A stretch of 51,133 nucleotides of DNA, taken from positions 1 through 51,133 of the IMG/VR virus record IMGVR_UViG_3300020003_000002; one strand, 5' to 3'. Shown here in pieces: positions 1 to 8,081 of this stretch. Numbering within the stretch: position 1 is the stretch's first letter; each line of letters opens with the position of its first letter. The position numbers were made by a program, and so were the translations under genes. The DNA is from a virus (lineage: Duplodnaviria > Caudoviricetes). The notes under the pieces are model-generated. The model had not been told where the DNA came from. It ran no database searches and was given only the letters and a program-made list of their open reading frames with translations.

Positions 1-136
1 TGTGCGGAGCCGGCCCCCGTTTGACCCGAGGGCCGGTTCCGCGTCGCCGACCCCTTGCCGTTGCAGGCTCGGAAGGCCGGGAGCTTTGGTGGGGCCGGCT
101 CCGATTCCCACACCGGGAGCCGGCCCCCGACGTCGG

Positions 137-319
137 CTACAGGGGGGCAGCCGACGCGTGCTTGCGGCTGATCAGCAACTCGCGCATGTGTTGGCGGGTC
201 TGCCAGTACAGACGCCACCGCTCATGCCACGAGTGGTCAGCCATGACGTGAGCCAGTTGGTCGGCGTTGTCTTCGCCGCAGATCGGACAGCCGATGTCGT
301 GGATCGTGAGGGTGCTCAT
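137..319 (-). CDS. Small Zn-finger-like hypothetical protein
   Basis: CPIC...H..H motif; ATGA overlap with upstream gene. Confidence 0.6.
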   Translation of the reverse strand: MSTLTIHDIGCPICGEDNADQLAHVMADHSWHERWRLYWQTRQHMRELLISRKHASAAPL

Positions 320-666
320 GGCCGCCAGCCCTTCATCCATTCGACTGCGCGGGCGTCGAAGGTTAGCCCGTCTTCGTGCGCTGTGACGCCGGGGAACTTC
401 TGCTCGTAATCGTGGTTGAGCTGATTTGCCTCACGCTCAAGCGCGGCCTGCCACTCGGCCTCGGTGATGACTCCCTTGCGAAGGAGCAGCCCGACCAACG
501 CTGAGCTTTCAACCCGGAGCAGGATGCTCAGCTCCCGGTGATCGCGCACAGCGTCGCCTTCGGGGTCGCCCTTCGCTCGGGTGCCGAGCTGCCAGCCCGT
601 AAACAGCACACGCCACTTGGTGACGATGTTTAGCGCCCGCCAGGTGCGTTCGTCCCGTGTGGTCAT
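316..666 (-). CDS. Hypothetical protein (116 aa)
   Basis: MTTRDER start overlaps upstream stop (TGATG). Confidence 0.75.
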   Translation of the reverse strand: MTTRDERTWRALNIVTKWRVLFTGWQLGTRAKGDPEGDAVRDHRELSILLRVESSALVGLLLRKGVITEAEWQAALEREANQLNHDYEQKFPGVTAHEDGLTFDARAVEWMKGWRP

Positions 667-1004
667 CAGGTGCCGACCTTCGGGTCGTTCATGGGCTGGG
701 CGGTGTCGACCCAGTGGAACTCGCCGGCCTGCCCGACTGGCCGGTGCTGGCCACAGTGGGCGCAGTACGTGCCGCCGTAGAACGACGGGTGCCGCGCGTA
801 GGTCTCCGCGATCGCCAGACCCATGGTGGTGATTCGGCCGCACACCGTGTGCCAGTACTGGGTGCGTACCGGACGAACGAAGCCCTTGGCGCGTTCCTCT
901 TCGGAGAGCACGAGGTACACCCCGGCCTGGTCCTGGTAGGGCGCGTCGGGTTTGTCTACGCCGCGGGTGAGGTGCGGGTCGTTCGGGTCGGCGGTGAGGC
1001 TCAT
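666..1004 (-). CDS. Hypothetical phage protein with CxxC motif
   Basis: YLVLSEEERAKGFVRPVR...TYCAHC; coupled to both neighbours. Confidence 0.8.
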   Translation of the reverse strand: MSLTADPNDPHLTRGVDKPDAPYQDQAGVYLVLSEEERAKGFVRPVRTQYWHTVCGRITTMGLAIAETYARHPSFYGGTYCAHCGQHRPVGQAGEFHWVDTAQPMNDPKVGT

Positions 1005-1189
1005 CGGCTCATCACCGCCAGGGCCAGTCCGGCCACGCCGGAGGTGAGCATCAGGCCGGAGCCGACGATGAGCAGCAGCAGGCAGCCGGACGACTTACCG
1101 CCGCTACCCTTGCCGCCCTTGTCTCCGCCACCGCCGCGGCCGCCTCTGGTCCGTCCGGCGCCGCCGGGACGGCGCGTCCCGCGGATCAC
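1001..1189 (-). CDS. Small Gly-rich membrane protein
   Basis: Basic Gly-rich N-terminus, one C-terminal hydrophobic helix; 4-nt overlaps at both ends. Confidence 0.6.
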   Translation of the reverse strand: MIRGTRRPGGAGRTRGGRGGGGDKGGKGSGGKSSGCLLLLIVGSGLMLTSGVAGLALAVMSR

Positions 1190-2097
1190 GGGGTCACCTC
1201 AACCGCAACACTGGACTCCAAACCGCACGTCGGGCATCGCACGCTGTCCGGACCGCCGATATGGATCCACTGTTCGTCACCGCAGTCCGGACAGCGTTCC
1301 AGCCGTGATGCCGCCAGCGTGTCCTTGGTGACGATCCCGCCGTAGGTGATATCGCCGACCTGCCAACCAGCATCATCGTTGTCCTCTGCGATATCGCTCT
1401 GGTCCAGGTCGCACGGTCCCTCACCGATACAGCCGTTACAGCAACACGCGCCGGTGGCCTCGATGTCGTTCGCTGGTTTGAGTTCGCACCGGCATTGGCC
1501 AGCGCCGTTGTAGTGGTGGTTATGCGCCTCGTCTCCGAGTACCAACGTGATGTCGTGCGGGTCGAAGGTGAGTTGGTTTCCGTTGAGCGGATCGGTCCAC
1601 ACATAGGCCGTGACGTCTCGTTCCTCGTGCCGACCTTCAGCGAACTCCTCGAAGTTGGAGCAAGTCTTGGCGTGGGCCAAACGCTCGTCGTCCAATTCGA
1701 CGCGAAGCCGCGCCGTCTCGATGAGCAGGTTGGCTGTCTCCTGCGAGTTGAAGGCCAGCAGCGACAGCACGGTCTCCATGTAGGACGCGACGGCACCGGC
1801 CTTGTCGACCAGCCGGCCGATCGGCGATAGGTCATGCCCGGTTCGGATCTCGCCCGTCTCGGTCGCCTTGAGCATGGGCCAGAACTCGGCCAACTCGCGG
1901 CGTGCGTTGCGAATGTTGGTGTTCTCGGTGGCCCGAACCGAAGCTTCGGCGCGCGACCGGGCTGCGTGCACTTCGGCGAGCGCGATCTCTAGCTCTTCGA
2001 TGCGGGTGCGGAGCTTTTCCGTCTCCTCGAACCGCACCGCCAGACGACGAGCCAAGGAGTCTCGTTCCCTGCGTAGGAGATTGATCGTGGCGCTCAT
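1186..2097 (-). CDS. Coiled-coil and Cys-rich hypothetical protein
   Basis: N-terminal coiled-coil-like region, C-terminal CPDC/CPTC ribbon; first gene after cro. Confidence 0.75.
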   Translation of the reverse strand: MSATINLLRRERDSLARRLAVRFEETEKLRTRIEELEIALAEVHAARSRAEASVRATENTNIRNARRELAEFWPMLKATETGEIRTGHDLSPIGRLVDKAGAVASYMETVLSLLAFNSQETANLLIETARLRVELDDERLAHAKTCSNFEEFAEGRHEERDVTAYVWTDPLNGNQLTFDPHDITLVLGDEAHNHHYNGAGQCRCELKPANDIEATGACCCNGCIGEGPCDLDQSDIAEDNDDAGWQVGDITYGGIVTKDTLAASRLERCPDCGDEQWIHIGGPDSVRCPTCGLESSVAVEVTP

Positions 2098-2324
2098 GCG
2101 ACACGCTCAACGGCGGGCAGGAACTGCGCCAGTGGCACGTCGAGGACGGCAGCGATGTGCTCAATCTCGGCGATCGTCAGATCGGCCTCACCCGTCAGGC
2201 GACGATGCACCTGCATGCGCCCCCAGCCGAGCTGGCGAGCGAAGTCCGACTTGTTGATCCCGCGCTCGTCGAGCAGATCGCGGATGGCTCGCACCGCCGG
2301 ATGGGTTGTGCGCTTTGCGTTCAC
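2094..2324 (-). CDS. Cro-like XRE helix-turn-helix regulator
   Basis: INKSDFARQLGWGRMQVHRRLTG HTH; divergent from repressor; GTG start 6 nt after a -10 box. Confidence 0.85.
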   Translation of the reverse strand: MNAKRTTHPAVRAIRDLLDERGINKSDFARQLGWGRMQVHRRLTGEADLTIAEIEHIAAVLDVPLAQFLPAVERVA

Positions 2325-2445
2325 CGCGTGAGTGTCGCACGGAGGTCGTGCGGATTGCAAGGAAGCCATGCGAGCGACTCGCTGAGCGCGTTAAATGTGT
2401 GCTGAACGGTTGACGAGCGCACGGATTACGTGCACTCTTGGCGTC
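2325..2445. promoter_or_regulatory. Divergent lytic/lysogenic promoters with two operators GCACG-N5-CGTGC
   Basis: Minus: TTGCAA-18-GACACT before cro. Plus: TTGACG-17-CACTCT before repressor. Palindromes at 2337-2351 and 2419-2433 sit in the -35/-10 spacers. Confidence 0.8.
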
Positions 2446-2829
2446 ATGAGCACAGACACAGCGATGACCGGCCAGGTGGCCGAAGAGATCCTTGCGGTCC
2501 TAGGTCGCCGCCGGATGAACAAGTCCGAACTGGCTCGGCGGCTTGGCGTTTCCCATACTTGGGTCACTAACCGGCTCAGCGGCGATCAAGAGATCGGGGT
2601 TAACGAGCTCCAGCGCATCGCCGCGATCCTCGGCGTAACCGCGTCGGACTTGGTCCCGCGAAATACTGTCTGGAAATCTCGCGCTCCCCTCGGTGAGCGC
2701 GTCTTGGCCACCGTCGGAGAAGACCGGAAAGCCCGACCACAGCCCCATCGTCCTGGCCGTCCGGTCCGCCAGACCCGCCCGATAGATCAGAAGATGCGCC
2801 CCATGACAGCTATCGCTGCCGGACGGTAG
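2446..2829 (+). CDS. Immunity repressor (XRE HTH) with low-complexity C-terminal tail
   Basis: MNKSELARRLGVSHTWVTNRLSG HTH; apparently leaderless ATG; directly upstream of integrase. Confidence 0.85.
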   Translation: MSTDTAMTGQVAEEILAVLGRRRMNKSELARRLGVSHTWVTNRLSGDQEIGVNELQRIAAILGVTASDLVPRNTVWKSRAPLGERVLATVGEDRKARPQPHRPGRPVRQTRPIDQKMRPMTAIAAGR

Positions 2830-2869
2830 GGGGATAGCGATGCATGCAACGCGTAACCAGAATGCAGCG

Positions 2870-3685
2870 ATGGGTTACCTCATAGATGAGCACGCGGACC
2901 ACCTACGGTCCGCCGGATGCTCCCAGGCAACCGTTCACAGCCGCATCAGGCTGCTGCGGTGCCTGCACGACTACCTGGATGACGGTCTCGCGTTCGCGTC
3001 CACGGCGCAGCTCGAGGCATTCCTGTCCGACCTCGTCCGCCGGGGCCGGAAACGGAACACGATCGTGAACTACTGGACGCACATGAAGGGCTTCTTCCAC
3101 TGGGGCGACCTCGCCGGGTATCTCGACGGCGACCCGACCCTGACCATGAAGCGCCCGAAGACACCCAAGTTCTCACCCAAGCCGCTCGCGCCGGCGCAGC
3201 TCGAGATCGCACTGACCCGGGCGCCCAACCCGTGGCATGCGGTGTTCGCGCTGGCCTATTACGAAGGGCTGCGCGCTGGGGAGATCGCTCAGTGTCGCCG
3301 TGAGGACATCACCGAGGAAAACGTCTACGTCCCGCACGGCAAGGGCGGCGAGGCGGCCGCGGTCCCCACCCACCCCTACATCTGGGCGCTGCTGTCAGCC
3401 TGGGCTCCGGGCCCGCTGTTTCCCAACGCAACACCTCAGCGAATCAGCCACGGCGCGATCCGGCAGTTCAGACGCCTCGGCCTGATCGGGGTGCACGTGC
3501 ACCGGCTACGGCACAGCTTCGCGACCGACATGCTCATCGCCGGGGCCGACCTACGCGTCGTGCAGGACAACATGCGCCACGCCTCGGTGGTCTCGACAGC
3601 GGCCTACACCCAGGTCACCAGCCAGCGCAAGCGCGCCGCCGTCGTAGCGCTGCACCAACCGACAAGGACACCAGCCGACCTCTAA
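2870..3685 (+). CDS. int: Short tyrosine integrase lacking an arm-binding domain (alternative start 2840)
   Basis: Catalytic R (GLRAGE), K (HGKGG), HxxR (HRLRH), H (MRH), Y (AAYT); about 270-280 aa. Confidence 0.93.
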   Translation: MGYLIDEHADHLRSAGCSQATVHSRIRLLRCLHDYLDDGLAFASTAQLEAFLSDLVRRGRKRNTIVNYWTHMKGFFHWGDLAGYLDGDPTLTMKRPKTPKFSPKPLAPAQLEIALTRAPNPWHAVFALAYYEGLRAGEIAQCRREDITEENVYVPHGKGGEAAAVPTHPYIWALLSAWAPGPLFPNATPQRISHGAIRQFRRLGLIGVHVHRLRHSFATDMLIAGADLRVVQDNMRHASVVSTAAYTQVTSQRKRAAVVALHQPTRTPADL

Positions 3686-3770
3686 TCGGCTGGTGTCCGT
3701 AGACAATCGTGGCAGGGCCTGCCGGGTTCAACGGGGAGCCTGGCAGGTTCCTGCCAAATCGGAGGACAGC

Positions 3771-3938
3771 ATGAGACACAAAACGCTGATCGACCTGCTC
3801 GAGCACGATCTCAAGCGCGACCCTTGTGACGCGCCCGCCGTCTGTCTGGAGGCCGATGTGATGGCCGACGAGATGGCGCGGTACGCACCCGCGGCGGAGG
3901 AACCGGACCCCATGGTGCACGAGGTGGCCGTCGGCTAG
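3771..3938 (+). CDS. Small acidic hypothetical protein (55 aa)
   Basis: GGAGG RBS shortly before ATG 3771. Confidence 0.55.
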   Translation: MRHKTLIDLLEHDLKRDPCDAPAVCLEADVMADEMARYAPAAEEPDPMVHEVAVG

Positions 3939-4093
3939 GACGCCTTCTTCTTCTCGGGCAGCACCAGGAAGACGACCACGGCAGCGGCCATGGCCACGAA
4001 GTAGCTCTCCGGCGGCTCGATGAGCGCCTGGGCGAACGCACCGACAATGATCATGGTCAGAAGGGCCACAGCCCAGCGCACACCGTTTGTCAT
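3935..4093 (-). CDS. Small two-helix membrane protein
   Basis: Two hydrophobic segments and KKK tail; CACGAT -10 box 6 nt before ATG. Confidence 0.65.
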   Translation of the reverse strand: MTNGVRWAVALLTMIIVGAFAQALIEPPESYFVAMAAAVVVFLVLPEKKKAS

Positions 4094-4173
4094 GCCGTCA
4101 TCGTGCCGGCCGCGCGGAATCGACACCCTCGGATGATCGGCCATTCCCACGACGGGGGAGTATCGTTACCGCC

Positions 4174-4380
4174 GTGGACGTGTACCGCGCCGCGACCGCC
4201 CGAGAGCTGGCGAGCAAGTTGTCAGACATGGCCGCCCTTGCCGCCGCCTTGGCTGACGAGGCTGTGTGGCACGCGACCCGCAGCGAGACGGCCAAGGACG
4301 TGGCCAAGGCCCTCGGGGTGTCGGAGGCCGCGGTGCGTAAGGCGATCCAGCAGCACAACCGGCGGCGAAATGTCCGTTGA
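4174..4380 (+). CDS. Small HTH DNA-binding protein
   Basis: TAKDVAKALGVSEAAVRKAI HTH; TATCGT -10 box 7 nt before GTG. Confidence 0.75.
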   Translation: MDVYRAATARELASKLSDMAALAAALADEAVWHATRSETAKDVAKALGVSEAAVRKAIQQHNRRRNVR

Positions 4381-4949
4381 CGTTCGTGCCGAATCGGACA
4401 CCCCATACGCCGTCAATCGGGTGTAGGCCGCAAAGACCCCTGTCCGGTTTGTCCAAACGATCTTTCGGTTTGGGCGTTTTGGTAGGGCACCTTCGCGCGC
4501 CTGCCCGGTCTGCCCTAGTTGGCTACTCATACTTTCGGACAGGATAAATACCCCCGGGTATCGCCGTATCCGGCTTATCACAATCCCTTATGGACATAGG
4601 GACGTCGGTCAGTCCATTTTCTGCCGGACTCCGTGCGATGTGCCCGATTCGTAGACCCAGAATGTCCGATCCTGCCGACACCCCTATAAGTAGAGGGGTA
4701 AGTGCGCAGGCCAGGGATGGTGGCGCAGCCCGATACCCCCGTGTATCGTAGGAAGCAGATTCACCACCCAGCCCAGGAGCGACGAGTACGCAGCGCACAG
4801 CGCGCGATCGGCGCCCAGGGCCACGGACTTGCAAGTTGCCGTGTAGGCAGCCTGAACGAACACCGAGGCGTAAGACCAGCGGGCAGCTGCAACGCTGCCA
4901 AGTCCACTCCCGCCCCCGCCGGGGGCAACGTCGGGTTAGGAGCCGACCA

Positions 4950-5549
4950 ATGTCCAAAGTCACCATCGCCAAGGGCGTGGCCTGGCTGGTCGCGGCAATC
5001 GCCGCGGTCACCAGCTACGGGCACCAGGTCCACCTGCTTTCGCTGGCAGACCTCGACCCGCTGTTCGGAATCATCCCCGGAGAGTGGATCACCCCGGTCA
5101 CCGTCGACTCGCTCGCGATCATCGCCCTTATGATCCGCATGAGCGCCGAGGTCACCGACCGCACCCGCAAGCTGGCGCTAATCCCGCTGGTCATTGCCGG
5201 GGGCATGAGCATCGCCGCCAACGTGGCGATGGCTCGCAACATCGTCCAGGTCATCGTCGGTATCTGGACGGTGGGCGCCTACATCTTGGCGGAGATTTTC
5301 GTCGGGATGATGGAGCGCAAAACCGCGGCACCGGCCGCGGTGGTCAAGGTCACGAAGGTGACCGAGGCTGAGAAGGCAGCCCGGAAGCGGGCCGGCTGGG
5401 CCAACATGGCCCCGGCGGACAAGCGGACCTGGACCAAGCAGTACCGGGCCAGGACTGCGCGGCGCACCGAGGCAACCGCACCGACGAGCCCGGGTTACGG
5501 CCCGGTGTCCGCGCCCTCTAGCGACGAGCTGGAGGCAGCGGTACGGTAA
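4950..5549 (+). CDS. DUF2637/SpdA-like multi-pass membrane protein
   Basis: SYGH...PVTVD...SIAAN pattern, about four TM helices, basic tail; AGGAG RBS. Confidence 0.75.
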   Translation: MSKVTIAKGVAWLVAAIAAVTSYGHQVHLLSLADLDPLFGIIPGEWITPVTVDSLAIIALMIRMSAEVTDRTRKLALIPLVIAGGMSIAANVAMARNIVQVIVGIWTVGAYILAEIFVGMMERKTAAPAAVVKVTKVTEAEKAARKRAGWANMAPADKRTWTKQYRARTARRTEATAPTSPGYGPVSAPSSDELEAAVR

Positions 5550-5588
5550 TCGCTGGTAGCTCTCCGGCCGGGAGCTACATAGCAAGAG

Positions 5589-5629
5589 AGGCGCCCCATC
5601 CGGATCAACTCCGGATGGGGCGCCTTTTT
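5589..5629 (+). terminator. Intrinsic terminator between convergent genes
   Basis: Perfect 16-bp stem AGGCGCCCCATCCGGA / TCCGGATGGGGCGCCT, 5-nt loop, T-tract. Confidence 0.9.
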
Positions 5630-5662
5630 GCGTTTGGGGGTTAGGCAGTCAGCCCTCGCCCA

Positions 5663-6019
5663 TCACTCGCCGCCCATCGGTGCCTCCGTCGAAAACGTCG
5701 CGACCGACCACTCCGGCATCGCGTCGTGATCCTCGGTCTCGCCGATCTGCTCGGCCTCGATGTGCATGAAGCCGCGGTTCATGGCCAGCAGCTCGAGCTG
5801 CGGCAGGAGTGCCGTCCGCACAGTCCAGCGGGCCGAGATCCGCGTCGACAGACTTCCCGCTGTCACGGCAAGCGTGGCGAGCGCCTTGTCGATCTCACCG
5901 CATTGGAAGCCCGCCACGAACGAGTCGTCGTCGTACTGGCCGCCGTGCGACGTGCAGGCGATGAACGGCACGACGAGTGACATGCCCTCGGGCTCGGCTT
6001 CGTCGAGTGGATCGTTCAT
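5663..6019 (-). CDS. Hypothetical protein (118 aa), last gene of late operon
   Basis: MNDPLDE start with ATGA overlap. Confidence 0.7.
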   Translation of the reverse strand: MNDPLDEAEPEGMSLVVPFIACTSHGGQYDDDSFVAGFQCGEIDKALATLAVTAGSLSTRISARWTVRTALLPQLELLAMNRGFMHIEAEQIGETEDHDAMPEWSVATFSTEAPMGGE

Positions 6020-7467
6020 ACGGTAATCACCGTTCCGTCCTGCCATCGATTCCCAGACCATACGTTGCCGGCGTTGTTCTCCCACCCGGAGTAGGCGCCG
6101 TACTGCGGACACGGCCCGAACACGTTGTCGAGGAACCGGACGTTGGTGGCGTGCGGGTACGCCTTGCCGGAGACGGATCCGCCGTAGGTGCAGAACCCGT
6201 GCACGCTCGCGAAGCTGTTGTTTTGCACGAGCCAGTCGTCGATCGGGTCGAAGTCGCCGTACAGCGAGAACGCCGCCGAGCATCCACCGGCCCGGCCCGC
6301 CATCACGTTGCAGGTGAGCGAGTTGTGAACGATTTGGCTGTGGCCGCCTCCGTTCGACCCGATGGCGGTGATGTGCGCTGACGAGACGGAGCCGAAGTCG
6401 TAGAACAGGCTGTCGCGGATCTCTACGTTGCTGCCGGCATTGGCGCCGCGGCCAGTGCGGTGCACATGGCAGCGAAGGCACGTGTAGCCGTTGCCGCCGA
6501 CGGCTGCTTGTCCGTCCGGGTCGATGGTGGTGCCGCCGTCAATCTCGACGTCTATCAGCTTCAGGTTGCGCGTCGGGTCGTTGTAGGTTGATCCGCCGAC
6601 GATGCCGAGCACTCGCGACCGGGTGATGGTGACGTTGCGGGCGTTGATGTAGACGCCGCCGGTGAACAGGCACGAGTCGTATGTGCCGGCTGCGCTGATC
6701 GTGCTGGAGCAGGCGTGCAGTGTGACGCCGGGCGGTACTCCGGTGCAGGCCGCGTCGGGCATGGCCGGGAACGCGGGGCAGGTGCGGCCGGTCGGGCCGG
6801 TGATGGTCGGCGTGGGGCTCACCGTCGGACTGGGGCTAGGGCTGGGCGGTGGTGTGGTCGCTGGGGGTGTCGTCGGCGGGGCTGTAGTGGCCGTAGGGCT
6901 CACAGTGGGGCTTGGTGTAGCGCTGGCCGTGGGCGACGGTGAGGGGCTCTGCGTGGCGCTGGGGGTCGGCGTGGGGCTACTGGACGGGCTCGGCGACGGG
7001 GCCCCTGACTGCACCGTGAACGTGCAGTTGACCGTGCCCTTGGCGTCACCGGGCCAGCCCTTCGCGGGATACACCCGCACCTTCGCCGAACCTTCGGCGA
7101 GGATCAGGTCCGGCATGGGGTCGGTCGTCGCATAGTCGACCTGCCCGGCGCCGGATGTGTCCGTGGTGAGGATGTTCTGCGGGTGGGCGCCGTTGGACGG
7201 ATCAGCCGCCTGCGTGACGTTGGTCCAGTAGGAGGCGTTGGGTGTGAGCCCCCACGCCTGGATGGTCCACGGCTGGTCCAGCAGCACCGGCGCCGGGGTG
7301 ACGCTGCAGCCGTTCTGCGATCCGGCCGAGGCGGGCGACGGGGACGAAAAAAACGCCGCCCCAGTCACGAGGACCAGGGCGGTGAGGAAGGTCAGGAGAA
7401 CGCTTGCCGGCGTCCAGTTCTGTCTACTGCGGTGGCGGATGACGTCGGTGCCGGGCCACGTACTCAT
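6016..7467 (-). CDS. Secreted protein: signal peptide, beta-rich domain, Pro/Thr/Ser linker, putative right-handed beta-helix domain
   Basis: Hydrophobic segment ending PASA; SPSPT linker; NVTITRSRV, NVEIRDSLF, NVRFLDNVF strand repeats. Confidence 0.75.
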   Translation of the reverse strand: MSTWPGTDVIRHRSRQNWTPASVLLTFLTALVLVTGAAFFSSPSPASAGSQNGCSVTPAPVLLDQPWTIQAWGLTPNASYWTNVTQAADPSNGAHPQNILTTDTSGAGQVDYATTDPMPDLILAEGSAKVRVYPAKGWPGDAKGTVNCTFTVQSGAPSPSPSSSPTPTPSATQSPSPSPTASATPSPTVSPTATTAPPTTPPATTPPPSPSPSPTVSPTPTITGPTGRTCPAFPAMPDAACTGVPPGVTLHACSSTISAAGTYDSCLFTGGVYINARNVTITRSRVLGIVGGSTYNDPTRNLKLIDVEIDGGTTIDPDGQAAVGGNGYTCLRCHVHRTGRGANAGSNVEIRDSLFYDFGSVSSAHITAIGSNGGGHSQIVHNSLTCNVMAGRAGGCSAAFSLYGDFDPIDDWLVQNNSFASVHGFCTYGGSVSGKAYPHATNVRFLDNVFGPCPQYGAYSGWENNAGNVWSGNRWQDGTVITV

Positions 7468-7652
7468 TTGGCCTCCGATGTCGGAGTGGCAGACGCGTTC
7501 GGCAGCGCGTACACGCCCAGCGTGGTCAGTGCGGCCGCGAGGATGATGAGCACACGGCCGATGTTGGTGTCCGACTCCCAGATACCAAGCGCGGCCGTGA
7601 CGGCGCTACCGCCGATCGCAGCGATGGCCTTCCTGTACTGCTCCCACTTCAT
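7464..7652 (-). CDS. Putative holin
   Basis: 62 aa, two TM helices, KAIAA...GVYALPN pattern typical of actinophage holins; lysis cassette position. Confidence 0.7.
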   Translation of the reverse strand: MKWEQYRKAIAAIGGSAVTAALGIWESDTNIGRVLIILAAALTTLGVYALPNASATPTSEAK

Positions 7653-7664
7653 GGCGCTACTCCT

Positions 7665-8060
7665 CTAACGACTCGCGGTGGCGTAGATCGGCTGCATGTC
7701 GCAACCGCACGAACCCTTGGCCTCGGTGATAACGCCGTTACCGGCGGTCATAGCCATGTGCTGGCAGCCGAACCCGATCGGCCGAGGAACGCTGCGCCGC
7801 CACGGCTTGATGGCGACGCCGCTACCCTCGACAATCTCGTCGCGGTGCTGATAGGCGATCTCGCGCCGCGTCTTCTCGGTCAGGTGCTTCTCGCCCCGGT
7901 TGAACGCGGCGAGCACATCCTCGACCGGTTCGTCTTCCACGTAGAAGTCGTCAGGCGCGGAGGCCAGCAGTCGCGCCTCGTAGCGGTCGCACACCGCTGC
8001 CCGCATCCAGCGCGGGAGATGAAGCGCGTGTACCAGGGTGTCAAGCGAACGCAGCCACAT
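7665..8060 (-). CDS. Hypothetical protein flanked by 18-bp direct repeats
   Basis: GAGGAG RBS; repeat copies at 7650-7667 and 8058-8075. Confidence 0.65.
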   Translation of the reverse strand: MWLRSLDTLVHALHLPRWMRAAVCDRYEARLLASAPDDFYVEDEPVEDVLAAFNRGEKHLTEKTRREIAYQHRDEIVEGSGVAIKPWRRSVPRPIGFGCQHMAMTAGNGVITEAKGSCGCDMQPIYATASR

Positions 8061-8081
8061 GGCGCTACTCCTCTACTCGTT

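Noticed and set aside
2651-2700. TGGT in the repressor as the complement of a tRNA 3' end (attP core)
   Set aside because: No T-loop complement (TCGAAC) at the expected distance; no tRNA gene recognised anywhere in the window
3671-3757. Two hairpins after int as a terminator or attP
   Set aside because: The stems are real but have no T-tract or identifiable core; insufficient support for either call
4850-4905. CTGAACGA as a hammerhead ribozyme core
   Set aside because: Does not fit CUGANGA spacing and there is no matching GAAA element
6790-7010. Repetitive DNA resembling a tandem repeat array
   Set aside because: Simply encodes the Pro/Thr/Ser linker
7347-7353. A7 tract (and T6 at 23345-23350) as phase-variation or frameshift sites
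   Set aside because: Short tracts, intact reading frames, no useful alternative frame identified
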